Shown one piece after another: positions 8,071 through 17,980 of a DNA stretch of 64,000 bases. The DNA comes from an uncultured virus (IMG/VR IMGVR_UViG_2724679352_000002) (Duplodnaviria; Heunggongvirae; Uroviricota; Caudoviricetes). A program made the translations under genes and the position numbers. How positions within the stretch are numbered: position 1 is the stretch's first letter; each line of letters opens with the position of its first letter. The notes beneath the pieces were generated by a model, which was not told the DNA's origin, did not search any database, and saw only the letters and a list, made by a program, of their open reading frames with translations. The stretch lies in the IMG/VR virus record IMGVR_UViG_2724679352_000002, positions 1-64,000 of that record; one strand, given 5' to 3'.

Positions 8071-9472
8071 TTTCACATTGCCACCGCACCATCTTGAAGC
8101 TGAACAGGCCGTCCTTGGGGGGCTAATGCTCAACACGGACGAGGATCGGACTCAAGCGGTGATTAGTTTGGTTAAGCCTGAATCATTCTATAGCCGTCCA
8201 CATCAACAAATTTATCGTGAAATATTGGCATTACTCAAAGCACATAAACCAACGGATTTAATTACGTTAAGTGAAGCTTTAGAGGCGAAAAATTTACTCG
8301 AGCAAGTGGGGGGGTTTGGTTATTTAGGGGGGATAGGCCGTATTCCCAGTGTTGCGAATATTATCGCTTATGCCCACATCGTTCGTGAAAAAGCGATCCT
8401 GCGTTATACCCTCGAGAAACTTTACAAATGCATTGAATTGGTCGGGGCAAACAACGGGATAGACACCGAAGCCAAACTGGACAGCGTTCAGCAAATGATT
8501 ACCGCTGTTACTGACCATGCCAAAACAGGCAAGCGGGGCGGGCTACGGACTGCAAATGAGGTTATTAGTGAGTGGGTTGATGATGTTGACCGGCGCTTTA
8601 GCGATCCTGATGGTACGGCTGGCTTAACGCTGGGAATTGAGAGCCTGGATAGATTGATGGCTCCGAAGCAGGTACTCAGAGGCGCATTAGTCGTCATTGG
8701 TGCGCGCCCAAAGATGGGCAAGACTGCAGCATACAATAAAATTGCTACTCATTTCGCGCTTAATCACCGATTACCAACACTCGTTTTTAGTCTGGAAATG
8801 ACAGATAGGGGGATCATCGAACGAATGGTTTCCCAGGAAGCTGGTGTAAGTTCTGACATTTTTTATATCGGTGCCAATGATGATAGCGATATGGCTCGCG
8901 CAATGGCAAAAGCAGGGGAATTGGCAGAATCAAACCTGATGATTGACAGCACTCCAGGGGTGACTTTGGCTCACATCGTTGCGGAGTGCCGCAAGGTAAA
9001 GCGTCAGCGCGGGGATGTGGGGTTGGTTGCCGTGGACTATCTCACACTGATGAAAGCGGAGGCCGCTGAGCGCCGTGATATCGCATATGGAGACATTACT
9101 ACGGGGCTAAAAAATCTGGCTAAAGAGCTGAACTGTGTTGTCCTCCTACTTACCCAGCTTAACCGAAAACTAGAAGAACGTTCCGATAAGCGACCATGGC
9201 CAGCAGACAGTAAAGATACAGGGCAGATAGAGCAGGATTGTGACATCTGGATAGGTTTATACCGTGATGCTGTTTATAACAAAAATGCTGACGAAAGCCT
9301 CATAGAGATTATTTTGCGCTTAAATCGAGAGGGGCCGAGTGGTACTGCTCATGCACAGATGGTCAATGGTTATATCAAGAACATTAGTGATCAAGACGCA
9401 GCAAAGCTTGCCCAAATAGGACAGGATAAAGACAAGAGATATAGCAAAGGAACCACGCACGACGCATTTTAA
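8060..9472 (+). CDS. dnaB: DnaB-like replicative helicase
   Basis: EAEQAVLGG, GARPKMGKT, FSLEM, VDYL, QLNR, GQIEQDCD. Confidence 0.95.
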   Translation: MTNDFTLPPHHLEAEQAVLGGLMLNTDEDRTQAVISLVKPESFYSRPHQQIYREILALLKAHKPTDLITLSEALEAKNLLEQVGGFGYLGGIGRIPSVANIIAYAHIVREKAILRYTLEKLYKCIELVGANNGIDTEAKLDSVQQMITAVTDHAKTGKRGGLRTANEVISEWVDDVDRRFSDPDGTAGLTLGIESLDRLMAPKQVLRGALVVIGARPKMGKTAAYNKIATHFALNHRLPTLVFSLEMTDRGIIERMVSQEAGVSSDIFYIGANDDSDMARAMAKAGELAESNLMIDSTPGVTLAHIVAECRKVKRQRGDVGLVAVDYLTLMKAEAAERRDIAYGDITTGLKNLAKELNCVVLLLTQLNRKLEERSDKRPWPADSKDTGQIEQDCDIWIGLYRDAVYNKNADESLIEIILRLNREGPSGTAHAQMVNGYIKNISDQDAAKLAQIGQDKDKRYSKGTTHDAF

Positions 9473-9521
9473 TAAAACCACGCCTGACCAGCGTTTAAGT
9501 CACCCCAAAAGAGGCAAGACC

Positions 9522-9902
9522 ATGAAAGAACGTGAACTAACCATTCGTGAACTGGCTAGCGTTATGCTGGGCCAAAGCATGAACTATAACCAGATGATCG
9601 AGGCTATTGCTTTAAAATTCCCTAATGCTGAAATGTCTATTAGCGTTCTGCGTATCCGTGTGAGAAGCATGGTGCTCTCACCTCATGCAGACATTACCCG
9701 CCGCAATGGCCGAAAGACTCAATACACACTCAACAGTATCTCAGAGGATTTTTTCCGATTCTCTGACACGCAAGTAAAACGCAATAAAAGTGAACCTCGC
9801 ACAAAATCCGCTCGCATGCCTTTTGATGAAAAAGAAAGGGTGTATTGCTTACGGGTATCAATAATAGATCAATTGCTGCGTAACGTACGCTTGGCACATT
9901 AA
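9522..9902 (+). CDS. Hypothetical phage protein
   Basis: ORF with GAGG RBS. Confidence 0.7.
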   Translation: MKERELTIRELASVMLGQSMNYNQMIEAIALKFPNAEMSISVLRIRVRSMVLSPHADITRRNGRKTQYTLNSISEDFFRFSDTQVKRNKSEPRTKSARMPFDEKERVYCLRVSIIDQLLRNVRLAH

Positions 9903-9904
9903 CG

Positions 9905-10156
9905 ATGGCTGGGCAATCGGATTATCTCCCCCCCGAACTCCCGTACAACATTTGCCTCTGGCCTCAGGAATACCAAGAAAAGCTAAATCTTGATTTGAGA
10001 GCCAGCGGCTTAATCAAAAACCTGTACGAGCGCAGGACCAACCGCGCCCACGTACTGGAAGCGATTGAACGGGTACCGGTGCATTATCGGGAATTTTTTA
10101 AACAGCGCTTAAATTACTGGCGTGACCGTAGAGACTACAGAGGCGAGACCAAATGA
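9905..10156 (+). CDS. Hypothetical phage protein
   Basis: ORF track; coupled to neighbours. Confidence 0.7.
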   Translation: MAGQSDYLPPELPYNICLWPQEYQEKLNLDLRASGLIKNLYERRTNRAHVLEAIERVPVHYREFFKQRLNYWRDRRDYRGETK

Positions 10157-10659
10157 ATATATCAACCGATGGCATGATTGCTGCAATTCGTTCAGCAGCG
10201 GAGAGAGTGGGACCACGTGAAAGTGAAGTGCTAAACGGCATCGCTGACCGCATAGCAGAGCTTGTGGCATCATCTAATAAGAACCGGCGTACAGCGAAGC
10301 ACTACGAGCGGGAGTGCTTGGAGTGGCAGGGGAAATATAATGTAATTGTTGCTGAAAATGCCGTACTCCAACAAGCCTGCGTCCATGTGTATAGCGCGGG
10401 TTACAACAGAGGACACCTGAATACGGTAGATGGCATTCCGTCATGTGGCGATTATGAAGAGGACGCATTTGAGGCGCTATACGAAGTAATTAATGTCCCT
10501 GCAACCACTCTGGCTCTGAATGATGTCGAGGCGAGCGGTGTTGAGAAATTTGCGCAATACCGTCACGTACAAGCCTTTGACGTTGGTGTAATGGCAGATA
10601 CAGGTGAGATTACCAATATTCTTGATTTCGCAACAAAACTACGTGAGGGGGCGCAATGA
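10153..10659 (+). CDS. Hypothetical phage protein (Ead/Eaa-like C-terminus)
   Basis: AENAVL...PATTLAL..EASGVEKFA...FATKLREG. Confidence 0.65.
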   Translation: MNISTDGMIAAIRSAAERVGPRESEVLNGIADRIAELVASSNKNRRTAKHYERECLEWQGKYNVIVAENAVLQQACVHVYSAGYNRGHLNTVDGIPSCGDYEEDAFEALYEVINVPATTLALNDVEASGVEKFAQYRHVQAFDVGVMADTGEITNILDFATKLREGAQ

Positions 10660-12716
10660 TCTGGCCTACTGAAGTTCAGCAATGTGCCTCATCAGTCATT
10701 CCTGTTCACCCAATGAGTGAGCCAGAGCAACAGCAGCTACTGGCCAATATGAACCAAATGTTTTTGACGCGGGAAGATCCGCGCAACATTCAAAAGGCGG
10801 CTCATGCATGGGCGCGGCGTAAAGAAATCACGGTAGCGCGGCCTGATTTACAGGATGGCTTGGTTGTTGTCGGTTTTGCTGGTGGCGGCGGGAGCTGCGA
10901 GGGCATCAAGCAGGCATTGGGCTATGAGCCACACATTGCCATGAATCATAACCCGGTAGCCATGGCGATGCATGCCATCAATCATCCGCGTACACTGCAT
11001 TACCCTGAGGACATTTTCAGTGTTGACCCGTTGATATCTACTGGTGGTCTGCCGGTATTACTGGGTTGGTTCAGTCCTGATTGCCGCCATTTCTCCAAGG
11101 CCAAGGGCGGCACGCCAGTTAAGAAAGAAATTCGTGGTTTAGCCTGGGTGGTATTGCGCTGGGCACTGGCGGTACGCCCACGCTTTCTGATGCTGGAGAA
11201 TGTTGAAGAGTTTCGCGGTTGGGGGCCATTATTGACGGATAGTCAGGGTAATCACCGACCTGATCCAGTCCGTAAGGGAGAAACGTTCAAGGCATTTATT
11301 GGCATGTTGGGTACCGGTATCGATGCCAATCACCCAGCGCTGACCGAAGTGTGTGAGTTTTTGAAGATAGATATCAATAGCCCAGAGGCGGCAAGGTTGG
11401 TTTCAGGGCTGGGTTATAACGTTGACCACAGAGAACTGAAAGCCTGTGATTACGGCACGCCTACCATCAGAAAGCGGCTGTTTGTGGTTGGGCGATGCGA
11501 CGGTGAACCGGTTGTATGGCCAGAGCCAAGCCATGGCGCACCCAACTCTACTGATGTGCTTTCTGGCATGCTGCAACCTTGGCGAACGGCGGCGGAGTGT
11601 ATCGACTGGAGTCAGCCAACTCGCTCTATTTTCGGTCGCAAGAAAGATTTGGCTGATAACACCTTACGGCGCATTGTCAAAGGGTTGCAGCGGTTTGTTA
11701 TTGATAACCCTGACCCGTTTATTGTGCGACTGGGCCAAATCGGTTTCGGTGGCGACCGCCTGCAGTATCCGCTAGACCAGCCGCTAACCACCATCACCAG
11801 CAAGGCCGAGCATTTATTGCTGGAGCCGTATGCAGTGAAGTGCAACCACACCAGCACCAAAACCAAATATGATTGCTTCCGTGGGCAGTCATTACGCGAT
11901 CCGTTACAGACCATCACCAGAACCCACGGTTTTGCTATCGCTGCGCCGGTGGTTGTGCGTCAGTTCGGCAATAGCACGGCAAATGATATCAATGCACCGC
12001 TGGGTACCGTTACGGCGGGTGGGGGAGGTAAAAGCCAGTTAACCTGCGCTTATCTTGCCAAGCATTATGGCGGTAATTATACCGGTGCAGGCATCGAGAT
12101 TAACCAGCCATTGCATACTATTACCACGGTTGATCACCACGCGCTTTGCACCTCGCACCTGGTACAACTACGCGGCACATGTCGCGATGGTAAACCGATC
12201 ACTGAACCGGTACCGACTTTAACAGCCGGCGGTAATCATGTCGGAATGGTTAACGCATTTTTGACCAAGTATTACGGTACCGGTGGCTCAGTAGATCTCT
12301 CAGAACCGATACACGCGGTGACGACAAAAGAGCGCTTTGGGCTGGTGGAAAGCAATCTTGATGCTGAACCACTGAGCGACGAGCAACGCTACAATGCATG
12401 GAATTGTGCGCGGCTGGCTGATCATTTCAGCGATTTACCGGACGACTGGCATTTATTCCCCGCGCCACGATCACAATATCTATGTGTGGGCGAATACATC
12501 ATCGTTGATATCTGCATGCGCATGTTGATTGCCCGTGAGTTGTACAACGCCAGCGGATTCCCACCAGATTACATTATTGACCGCGATATTGATGGCACCC
12601 TCTGGCCCAAATCTGAACAAGTAGCAAGATGTGGCAATGCTGTGCCGCCACCATTCGCTGAGGCACTGGTAAGGGCCAACATGCCGGAGTTGTGTATCTG
12701 GAGGATGGCGGCATGA
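10656..12716 (+). CDS. DNA cytosine-5 methyltransferase
   Basis: FAGGGG, SPDC, ENV, RKRLF, CGNAV motifs. Confidence 0.95.
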   Translation: MIWPTEVQQCASSVIPVHPMSEPEQQQLLANMNQMFLTREDPRNIQKAAHAWARRKEITVARPDLQDGLVVVGFAGGGGSCEGIKQALGYEPHIAMNHNPVAMAMHAINHPRTLHYPEDIFSVDPLISTGGLPVLLGWFSPDCRHFSKAKGGTPVKKEIRGLAWVVLRWALAVRPRFLMLENVEEFRGWGPLLTDSQGNHRPDPVRKGETFKAFIGMLGTGIDANHPALTEVCEFLKIDINSPEAARLVSGLGYNVDHRELKACDYGTPTIRKRLFVVGRCDGEPVVWPEPSHGAPNSTDVLSGMLQPWRTAAECIDWSQPTRSIFGRKKDLADNTLRRIVKGLQRFVIDNPDPFIVRLGQIGFGGDRLQYPLDQPLTTITSKAEHLLLEPYAVKCNHTSTKTKYDCFRGQSLRDPLQTITRTHGFAIAAPVVVRQFGNSTANDINAPLGTVTAGGGGKSQLTCAYLAKHYGGNYTGAGIEINQPLHTITTVDHHALCTSHLVQLRGTCRDGKPITEPVPTLTAGGNHVGMVNAFLTKYYGTGGSVDLSEPIHAVTTKERFGLVESNLDAEPLSDEQRYNAWNCARLADHFSDLPDDWHLFPAPRSQYLCVGEYIIVDICMRMLIARELYNASGFPPDYIIDRDIDGTLWPKSEQVARCGNAVPPPFAEALVRANMPELCIWRMAA

Positions 12717-13552
12717 CAGAGATAAAACATCCGGTCATCAGATACCATGGCGGCAAGTTTAGATTAGCGAAATGGATAACCAGTTTTTTCCCGGATCACC
12801 GTTGCTATGTTGAGCCGTTCGGGGGGGCGGCGTCAGTTCTATTGAGAAAGGCCCGCTCCCACGCGGAGGTTTATAATGATCTTGATGGCGAAATCGTGAA
12901 CCTATTCCGAGTGCTGCAAGATCCAGTAATGAATATACGGTTACGTGATTTATGTGTACTGACACCGTATAGCCGCGAAGAGTTTAACTTTGCCTATGAG
13001 CCTATTGATGATGAATTGGAACAGGCCCGCAGGACGGTAATTAAGGCCACAATGGGATTTAGTTCAGCGTCGGCCACAGCCAATAAATCAGGGTTTAGGA
13101 CTGATACCAAAAGAGAATATTCGACAGCCCAGCAGTTATGGGCGTCTTATCCTGATAATTTAGCTGCCATTGGTTCGCGTTTACTTGGTGTGTTGATAGA
13201 GAACCGCCCAGCAGTTCAGGTATTACTGGATCATGATACTGATAACACTTTGAATTACATTGACGCACCATATTTACCAGAAACGCGCCAACGCTGGAAA
13301 CCAACTGGTTATTCATATCGCCACGAAATGACCGAACAAGACCATATCGAATTACTCGAGCCGGTCAGAAAATTGAAAGGTATGTCGATCATTTCCGGTT
13401 ATGACAGTGAACTGTATAACGACATGCTGGCCGGATGGCGTAAGGAAACGAAATCAGCACAGGCCAGCGCTGGTATGGGCGGCACGGTCACCAAAATAGA
13501 ATGCCTATGGTTCAGCCCTAACATTGATAAACGGGAGCATCCGCATGAGTGA
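12713..13552 (+). CDS. Dam-like DNA adenine methyltransferase (DAPY variant)
   Basis: RYHGGKF, YVEPFGG, VYNDLD; motif IV reads DAPY. Confidence 0.9.
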   Translation: MTEIKHPVIRYHGGKFRLAKWITSFFPDHRCYVEPFGGAASVLLRKARSHAEVYNDLDGEIVNLFRVLQDPVMNIRLRDLCVLTPYSREEFNFAYEPIDDELEQARRTVIKATMGFSSASATANKSGFRTDTKREYSTAQQLWASYPDNLAAIGSRLLGVLIENRPAVQVLLDHDTDNTLNYIDAPYLPETRQRWKPTGYSYRHEMTEQDHIELLEPVRKLKGMSIISGYDSELYNDMLAGWRKETKSAQASAGMGGTVTKIECLWFSPNIDKREHPHE

Positions 13553-13898
13553 CACCAAAGAGCGGGCTGCGGCCCGTAAACGCCTACAGCGTCAGAAAGA
13601 GCGTGATAGTGGCAGCTATAAATTAATAGCGACAATAGACCAGCAAGAGAAAGAAATGTTACAGCAGAACTGCGCCTTGCGTCGCCCGCAGCGTGAACCG
13701 TATGACATGGACGAGTACATAACTATGTTGATACGCAAAGATAACGCAGAGCTACAGGCGCATCTCAAAGAGCAATCCGGACGCAAATGCGGTAAGTGTG
13801 GCGATGCTTTGCCTGGTGATAGTCAGGGCTGCGCATTAATAGGTGAAAGTGAATGCTGGCAAACTCTTGGGTGGCATGAGACTAAATTAAATATATAG
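13545..13898 (+). CDS. Putative RHH DNA-binding protein with C-terminal Cys cluster
   Basis: AARKRLQR...KLIATID...EYITMLI; CGKC...C...C. Confidence 0.7.
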   Translation: MSDTKERAAARKRLQRQKERDSGSYKLIATIDQQEKEMLQQNCALRRPQREPYDMDEYITMLIRKDNAELQAHLKEQSGRKCGKCGDALPGDSQGCALIGESECWQTLGWHETKLNI

Positions 13899-13926
13899 TG
13901 ATGTGACATGTCACAGGAGTAATTTA

Positions 13927-14346
13927 ATGAAAATTAATCATGAGTACTTGCGTAATTTACTTGATGCTTTTGAGTCATCGGAAAAGCCTGAAACTAATAT
14001 TGAAGAGTTAGAGTTAAAAGGTTTTAAGTGTGATGAAGATTTCGTTTTTCATATGAGATTACTCGACGACCAAGGCTTAATCTGCCGAACTGATGGCGGG
14101 CAAGGCTTTGGTATCGTTTATTCTAAATCTGATGATGGAGGATATGATTGGGTATTACTTCCTCTTCGACTAACAGCCAGAGGCCATGATTTCATTGCTG
14201 ACTTAAGGCAAAAGGAAGTTTGGCAGACTATCAAAGCAGGATTTAAAGATGAGGGGTTGTCAACATTAATGTCAGTAACTAAATCTCTTGCGGAAGGGTT
14301 TGCTAAAAAGAAAATTAAAGATCTTACTGGCTTTGATGTTAGTTAA
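13927..14346 (+). CDS. DUF2513-like moron protein
   Basis: AT-rich; FHMRLLDDQGLI...RLTARGHDF. Confidence 0.75.
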   Translation: MKINHEYLRNLLDAFESSEKPETNIEELELKGFKCDEDFVFHMRLLDDQGLICRTDGGQGFGIVYSKSDDGGYDWVLLPLRLTARGHDFIADLRQKEVWQTIKAGFKDEGLSTLMSVTKSLAEGFAKKKIKDLTGFDVS

Positions 14347-14451
14347 AACTTATTGAAAGTAATTATATTGATTCTGTTATTATATAAATATCGGATTGAA
14401 CACCCGATAACCTAAATATCGTGCTGCTGTGCCATACATCCGGGGGCGGAA

Positions 14452-15045
14452 ATGGCACAGTATAGCTTTACCAAATCAACAGGTGGGATCTTAGTACCGG
14501 CCACGCCGGATGCTGAGGATTTTGTCAAAAATACCAAGCTGGGGACTATTGTCACCGGCGAATTTAAACGTGTGCGTAATGCGCCGTTTCACCGTAAATT
14601 CTTCTCGTTGCTCAACTTAGGCTTTGAATATTGGGAGCCAAAGGGCGGGGCGATATCACCATTCGAACTAAAATTCCTGCGCGGTTATGTAAGCCAACTT
14701 ATTTCCTATGTGGGGAATGAGGGCGTACTTCATGAGATAGCTGACGATTATCTGGCGCTGGTGGCCGGTAAACGAGCGGCGAACTTATCTACCGCAAAAT
14801 CATTCCATGCTTTCCGCCGTTGGGTAACTGTCGAATCGGGCCACTATGATCTGTTCGAATTACCGGACGGCTCAACGCTGCGTGAACCTCGCTCTATTTC
14901 ATTTGCGAAAATGGACGAGCTGGAATTCAACGATTTATACAAATCAGTGCTGAATGTTCTGTGGACTTTCATTCTCAGTAAATCATTCATTCATCCATCC
15001 GAGGCGGAGAACGCCGCCAGTCAATTAATGAGCTACGCAGCTTAG
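14452..15045 (+). CDS. DUF1367 family phage protein
   Basis: RNAPFHRKFFSLLNLGFEYW...RSISFAKMDE. Confidence 0.85.
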   Translation: MAQYSFTKSTGGILVPATPDAEDFVKNTKLGTIVTGEFKRVRNAPFHRKFFSLLNLGFEYWEPKGGAISPFELKFLRGYVSQLISYVGNEGVLHEIADDYLALVAGKRAANLSTAKSFHAFRRWVTVESGHYDLFELPDGSTLREPRSISFAKMDELEFNDLYKSVLNVLWTFILSKSFIHPSEAENAASQLMSYAA

Positions 15046-15053
15046 GGGTAATC

Positions 15054-15338
15054 ATGGCTAATTTACGCAAAGAGGCAAGGGGCCGTGAGTGCCAGATCCG
15101 TATCCCTGGGGTGTGTAATGGCAACCCTCAAACGGTGGTGCTCACTCATTATCGACTGGCAGGAACCTGCGGTACCGGAATTAAACCCTCTGATGAACAG
15201 GCCGCATGGGGATGTAGTTCATGCCATGACGAATGCGACCGGCGCACTCGTTTAATTGATGGCGACATGGCACGGCTATATCACGCTGAGGGCGTTATGC
15301 GGACACAGGCGGTATTGAGAAAGGAAGGTAAGCTATGA
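15054..15338 (+). CDS. DUF1364 (YbcO-like) protein
   Basis: MANLRKEARGRECQIRIPGVCNGN. Confidence 0.85.
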   Translation: MANLRKEARGRECQIRIPGVCNGNPQTVVLTHYRLAGTCGTGIKPSDEQAAWGCSSCHDECDRRTRLIDGDMARLYHAEGVMRTQAVLRKEGKL

Positions 15339-15784
15339 ACCAGGTGAAAAATAACTCAATGCGTAATATTCAACTTGTCCTTGAGCGCTGGGGAGTATGG
15401 GCCAGGTATTCTTCAGGACTCGATTACTCTTCTATTGCCGCAGGGTTTAAGGGATTAATACCCGATACCTCCGGCCCTCAACAATCATGCTGTGATGATG
15501 ATGGCCTAATTGTTGATGGTTGTGTTGCTCGACTAAATCAATATCGACCTGATGAGTACGAACTGATTATACGGCATTATGTGTTGAATCAGTCAAAACG
15601 GGCCATTGCTCGGCAGCAGAAACGGGATGAAAGAGCCGTCAGGGTGAGCATGCAGATGGCTGAAGGGTTTGTTGATGGTTGCCTGTCGATGATAGACGCT
15701 TGCCTAGAAATGGACCCCGCAACAATGAAGTCAGAAATTTATGATAAAAGTGTTGGTGCGGCCGCAAAAAGTGCATTAGTGTGA
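15335..15784 (+). CDS. Q: Late antitermination protein Q
   Basis: MRNIQLVLERWGVW...IAAGFKGL...CCDDDGL. Confidence 0.9.
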   Translation: MNQVKNNSMRNIQLVLERWGVWARYSSGLDYSSIAAGFKGLIPDTSGPQQSCCDDDGLIVDGCVARLNQYRPDEYELIIRHYVLNQSKRAIARQQKRDERAVRVSMQMAEGFVDGCLSMIDACLEMDPATMKSEIYDKSVGAAAKSALV

Positions 15785-15822
15785 TAAGAGTTGGTTGTGC
15801 AGTAGCGCTTATCCAGTCAAAT

Positions 15823-15845
15823 AAACCTCGCTTCGGCGGGGTTTT
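15823..15845 (+). terminator. tR'-like terminator
   Basis: AAACCTCGC-TTCG-GCGGGGTTTT just after Q. Confidence 0.75.
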
Positions 15846-15933
15846 GTAGTTTATGGGGAGTGAATTAGTCGCTGTTTAGGAGCAAAAAAACTGTAAGCTA
15901 ACTAGCTGTATAAGCTAATCAAGGGAACGGTAT

Positions 15934-16578
15934 ATGGATTTTAAAGATGTGATCACTCCGTTAGCAACGTTAGCTGCTGTTTGGTTAGCGGCAAACTTTA
16001 CTTTACGCAATGAGCTACGAAAAAAAGAACTCGAAATCAAAGCTGCACATTTGGAAAAATTATCAGAAAATTGTGATAGCACACTGATTCATTTAATTAA
16101 TTATGCAGGAAGCATTGCTAGTATGCTTGATGCACATATGCATTTTACCCCAGGTAATGAACCTTTCAGAGTTCATTTCTTAAATGATCTGTTAACTCAA
16201 ATTGACGACAGCCCGCGCGGCTTAGATCTGGAAAAAATGCATTGGTGTCGTCATGGATTAGAGTTCCACAGAGAAAATGAGTGGAAACGCTGGAGTGAGG
16301 TTGTTCCATCGCTCAAGGATAGGATCTATGATTTTTTCATGGTTACAACCCCTGGCGATGAGAATCTGGTGATGCTTGATAAAAGCCGCACAAGGGCTGA
16401 AATTGCTGAGTTTACAGCAGATCTACGGGTTCGAATAAAAGACATAGATGTACAGCGAAAAGAGATTGTATCGGCTATGGCTAATGATTTCCGTCTGTTA
16501 ACTCAATCTGCCCCAAATAATATTTACGATTTGGTATTTAAATGCCGAAAACGGCTATTAGATTTTTTTAAGCGATAG
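15934..16578 (+). CDS. Moron protein with hydrophobic N-terminus
   Basis: AT-rich ORF between tR' and holin, followed by its own terminator. Confidence 0.8.
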   Translation: MDFKDVITPLATLAAVWLAANFTLRNELRKKELEIKAAHLEKLSENCDSTLIHLINYAGSIASMLDAHMHFTPGNEPFRVHFLNDLLTQIDDSPRGLDLEKMHWCRHGLEFHRENEWKRWSEVVPSLKDRIYDFFMVTTPGDENLVMLDKSRTRAEIAEFTADLRVRIKDIDVQRKEIVSAMANDFRLLTQSAPNNIYDLVFKCRKRLLDFFKR

Positions 16579-16600
16579 TTTTAATTTCTGCTATTTATTC

Positions 16601-16626
16601 AAGGCTCACTTCGGTGGGCCTTTTTT
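16601..16626 (+). terminator. Intrinsic terminator
   Basis: AAGGCTCAC-TTCG-GTGGGCCTTTTTT. Confidence 0.75.
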
Positions 16627-16665
16627 ATTTCCACTACGCACCCAGCCCGTCCGGGAGGGGGAGAT

Positions 16666-17004
16666 ATGAAAATGCATAACAACCCTGACCTTATGGACAT
16701 CATCACTAAATGGATTGCCGCACATCGCCTCGAATTTGGCTATGGCGGCATCGCTGGGATTATTGCTTGGTTGCGTGGACGGTATAACGAAAAGCCGTGG
16801 CGTAGATGTTTTCTCGATGCGTTGATGTGTGCCGCTATAGCGTTTGCGGTGCGGGACGTTCTTGATTTCTTCGGTTTATCGACAGACCTCGCCTATATAT
16901 CGAGCGTCATTATTGGTTATCTCGGTACGGATTACTTATCCAGCTTATTTAAATGGAAGGTAACGGGCCGGCCGATTGAAGAAGGGAAGGGTAATGACAA
17001 GTAA
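16666..17004 (+). CDS. Lambda-family holin with dual start (M-K-M)
   Basis: Three hydrophobic segments, DALMCA...IGYLGTD; MKM start as in lambda S107/S105. Confidence 0.9.
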   Translation: MKMHNNPDLMDIITKWIAAHRLEFGYGGIAGIIAWLRGRYNEKPWRRCFLDALMCAAIAFAVRDVLDFFGLSTDLAYISSVIIGYLGTDYLSSLFKWKVTGRPIEEGKGNDK

Positions 17005-17389
17005 TTTCAGATTCAGCCAGCGGAGTGAGGGTAACCTCAAAGGCGTTAATGCTGACTTGGTGAGAGTGGTTCGCCGCGCTCTGGAGCTATCGACCGTTGA
17101 TTTCGGCGTTATTGAAGGTGTCCGCACGGTAGAACGGCAAAAAGAGCTGGTGGCCACTGGTAAAAGCCAGACCATGAATAGCCGTCATATCTCCGGCAAT
17201 GCGGTTGACCTGCTCCCTACTGGTGCCAACTGGAATGATTACAAGTGTTGGTTGCCGGTATTGGATGCCATGCACCGTGCGGGTAAAGAGCTGGGCATTA
17301 AGCTGCGTTTTGGTATCAGTTGGACAGATAACCCGAATGACAAGCCAGCGAAGTTCTTGGATGCCCCTCACATTGAGATACCCGCATGA
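16994..17389 (+). CDS. Endolysin, M15 (L-Ala-D-Glu) peptidase
   Basis: EGVRT.ERQ, NSRH..GNAVD, DAPHIE. Confidence 0.9.
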   Translation: MTSNFRFSQRSEGNLKGVNADLVRVVRRALELSTVDFGVIEGVRTVERQKELVATGKSQTMNSRHISGNAVDLLPTGANWNDYKCWLPVLDAMHRAGKELGIKLRFGISWTDNPNDKPAKFLDAPHIEIPA

Positions 17390-17730
17390 CTTGGCTAGTC
17401 AGTAATTGGCGAACTGTATTTGTGGCGTTGGTTATTCCGGCATTCCTTTTCCTGCTTCTTAATCGTAATCACCTCTCAAATCAGGCCGAGAAAAGAGAAG
17501 CAGAGCTGGTGACTGAGCAGGCGACTAACGTTGCTCTGGGAAGCATCATCGATGCATACCAAGCGAATGACGCTGCCAATCGCGTATCTACAACCCGTCA
17601 ACTCGAAAACGAAAGGAAACTACGAAATGAAAGTGACGAGCGACTCAGGCGGTTCAAGGCAGCAGCGGCGAGTGATGATTGCTCTATCAAGCCTATGCCT
17701 GGTGATGTCATTAGCGTCATGCGTGAATAA
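17386..17730 (+). CDS. i-spanin (Rz-like)
   Basis: N-terminal TM helix + coiled coil after endolysin. Confidence 0.85.
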   Translation: MTWLVSNWRTVFVALVIPAFLFLLLNRNHLSNQAEKREAELVTEQATNVALGSIIDAYQANDAANRVSTTRQLENERKLRNESDERLRRFKAAAASDDCSIKPMPGDVISVMRE

Positions 17731-17935
17731 GCCCATTAAACCGCCCATTACCGAACCCGCCCTATTATTGCCCCCAGAGTCAGCGCTTACCCCCTGTGAA
17801 GTTCCAGAGTTTACCGGTATTACATGGGGAGATAGCGGGTTGTACGCAATGGAGTTAAAGCGGGAGCTACGAATCTGCAAAGGTCGGCTTGATGAGGTTA
17901 TTGGCTGGAAACAAAATTTAAAACGTAATAAATGA
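17675..17935 (+). CDS. o-spanin lipoprotein (Rz1-like)
   Basis: LASC lipobox, Pro-rich LLLPPESALTPC; overlaps i-spanin. Confidence 0.85.
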   Translation: MIALSSLCLVMSLASCVNKPIKPPITEPALLLPPESALTPCEVPEFTGITWGDSGLYAMELKRELRICKGRLDEVIGWKQNLKRNK

Positions 17936-17980
17936 ATGACTAGAAAGGGGGGGGGTATTATTCCCCCATCATGTAGATTT

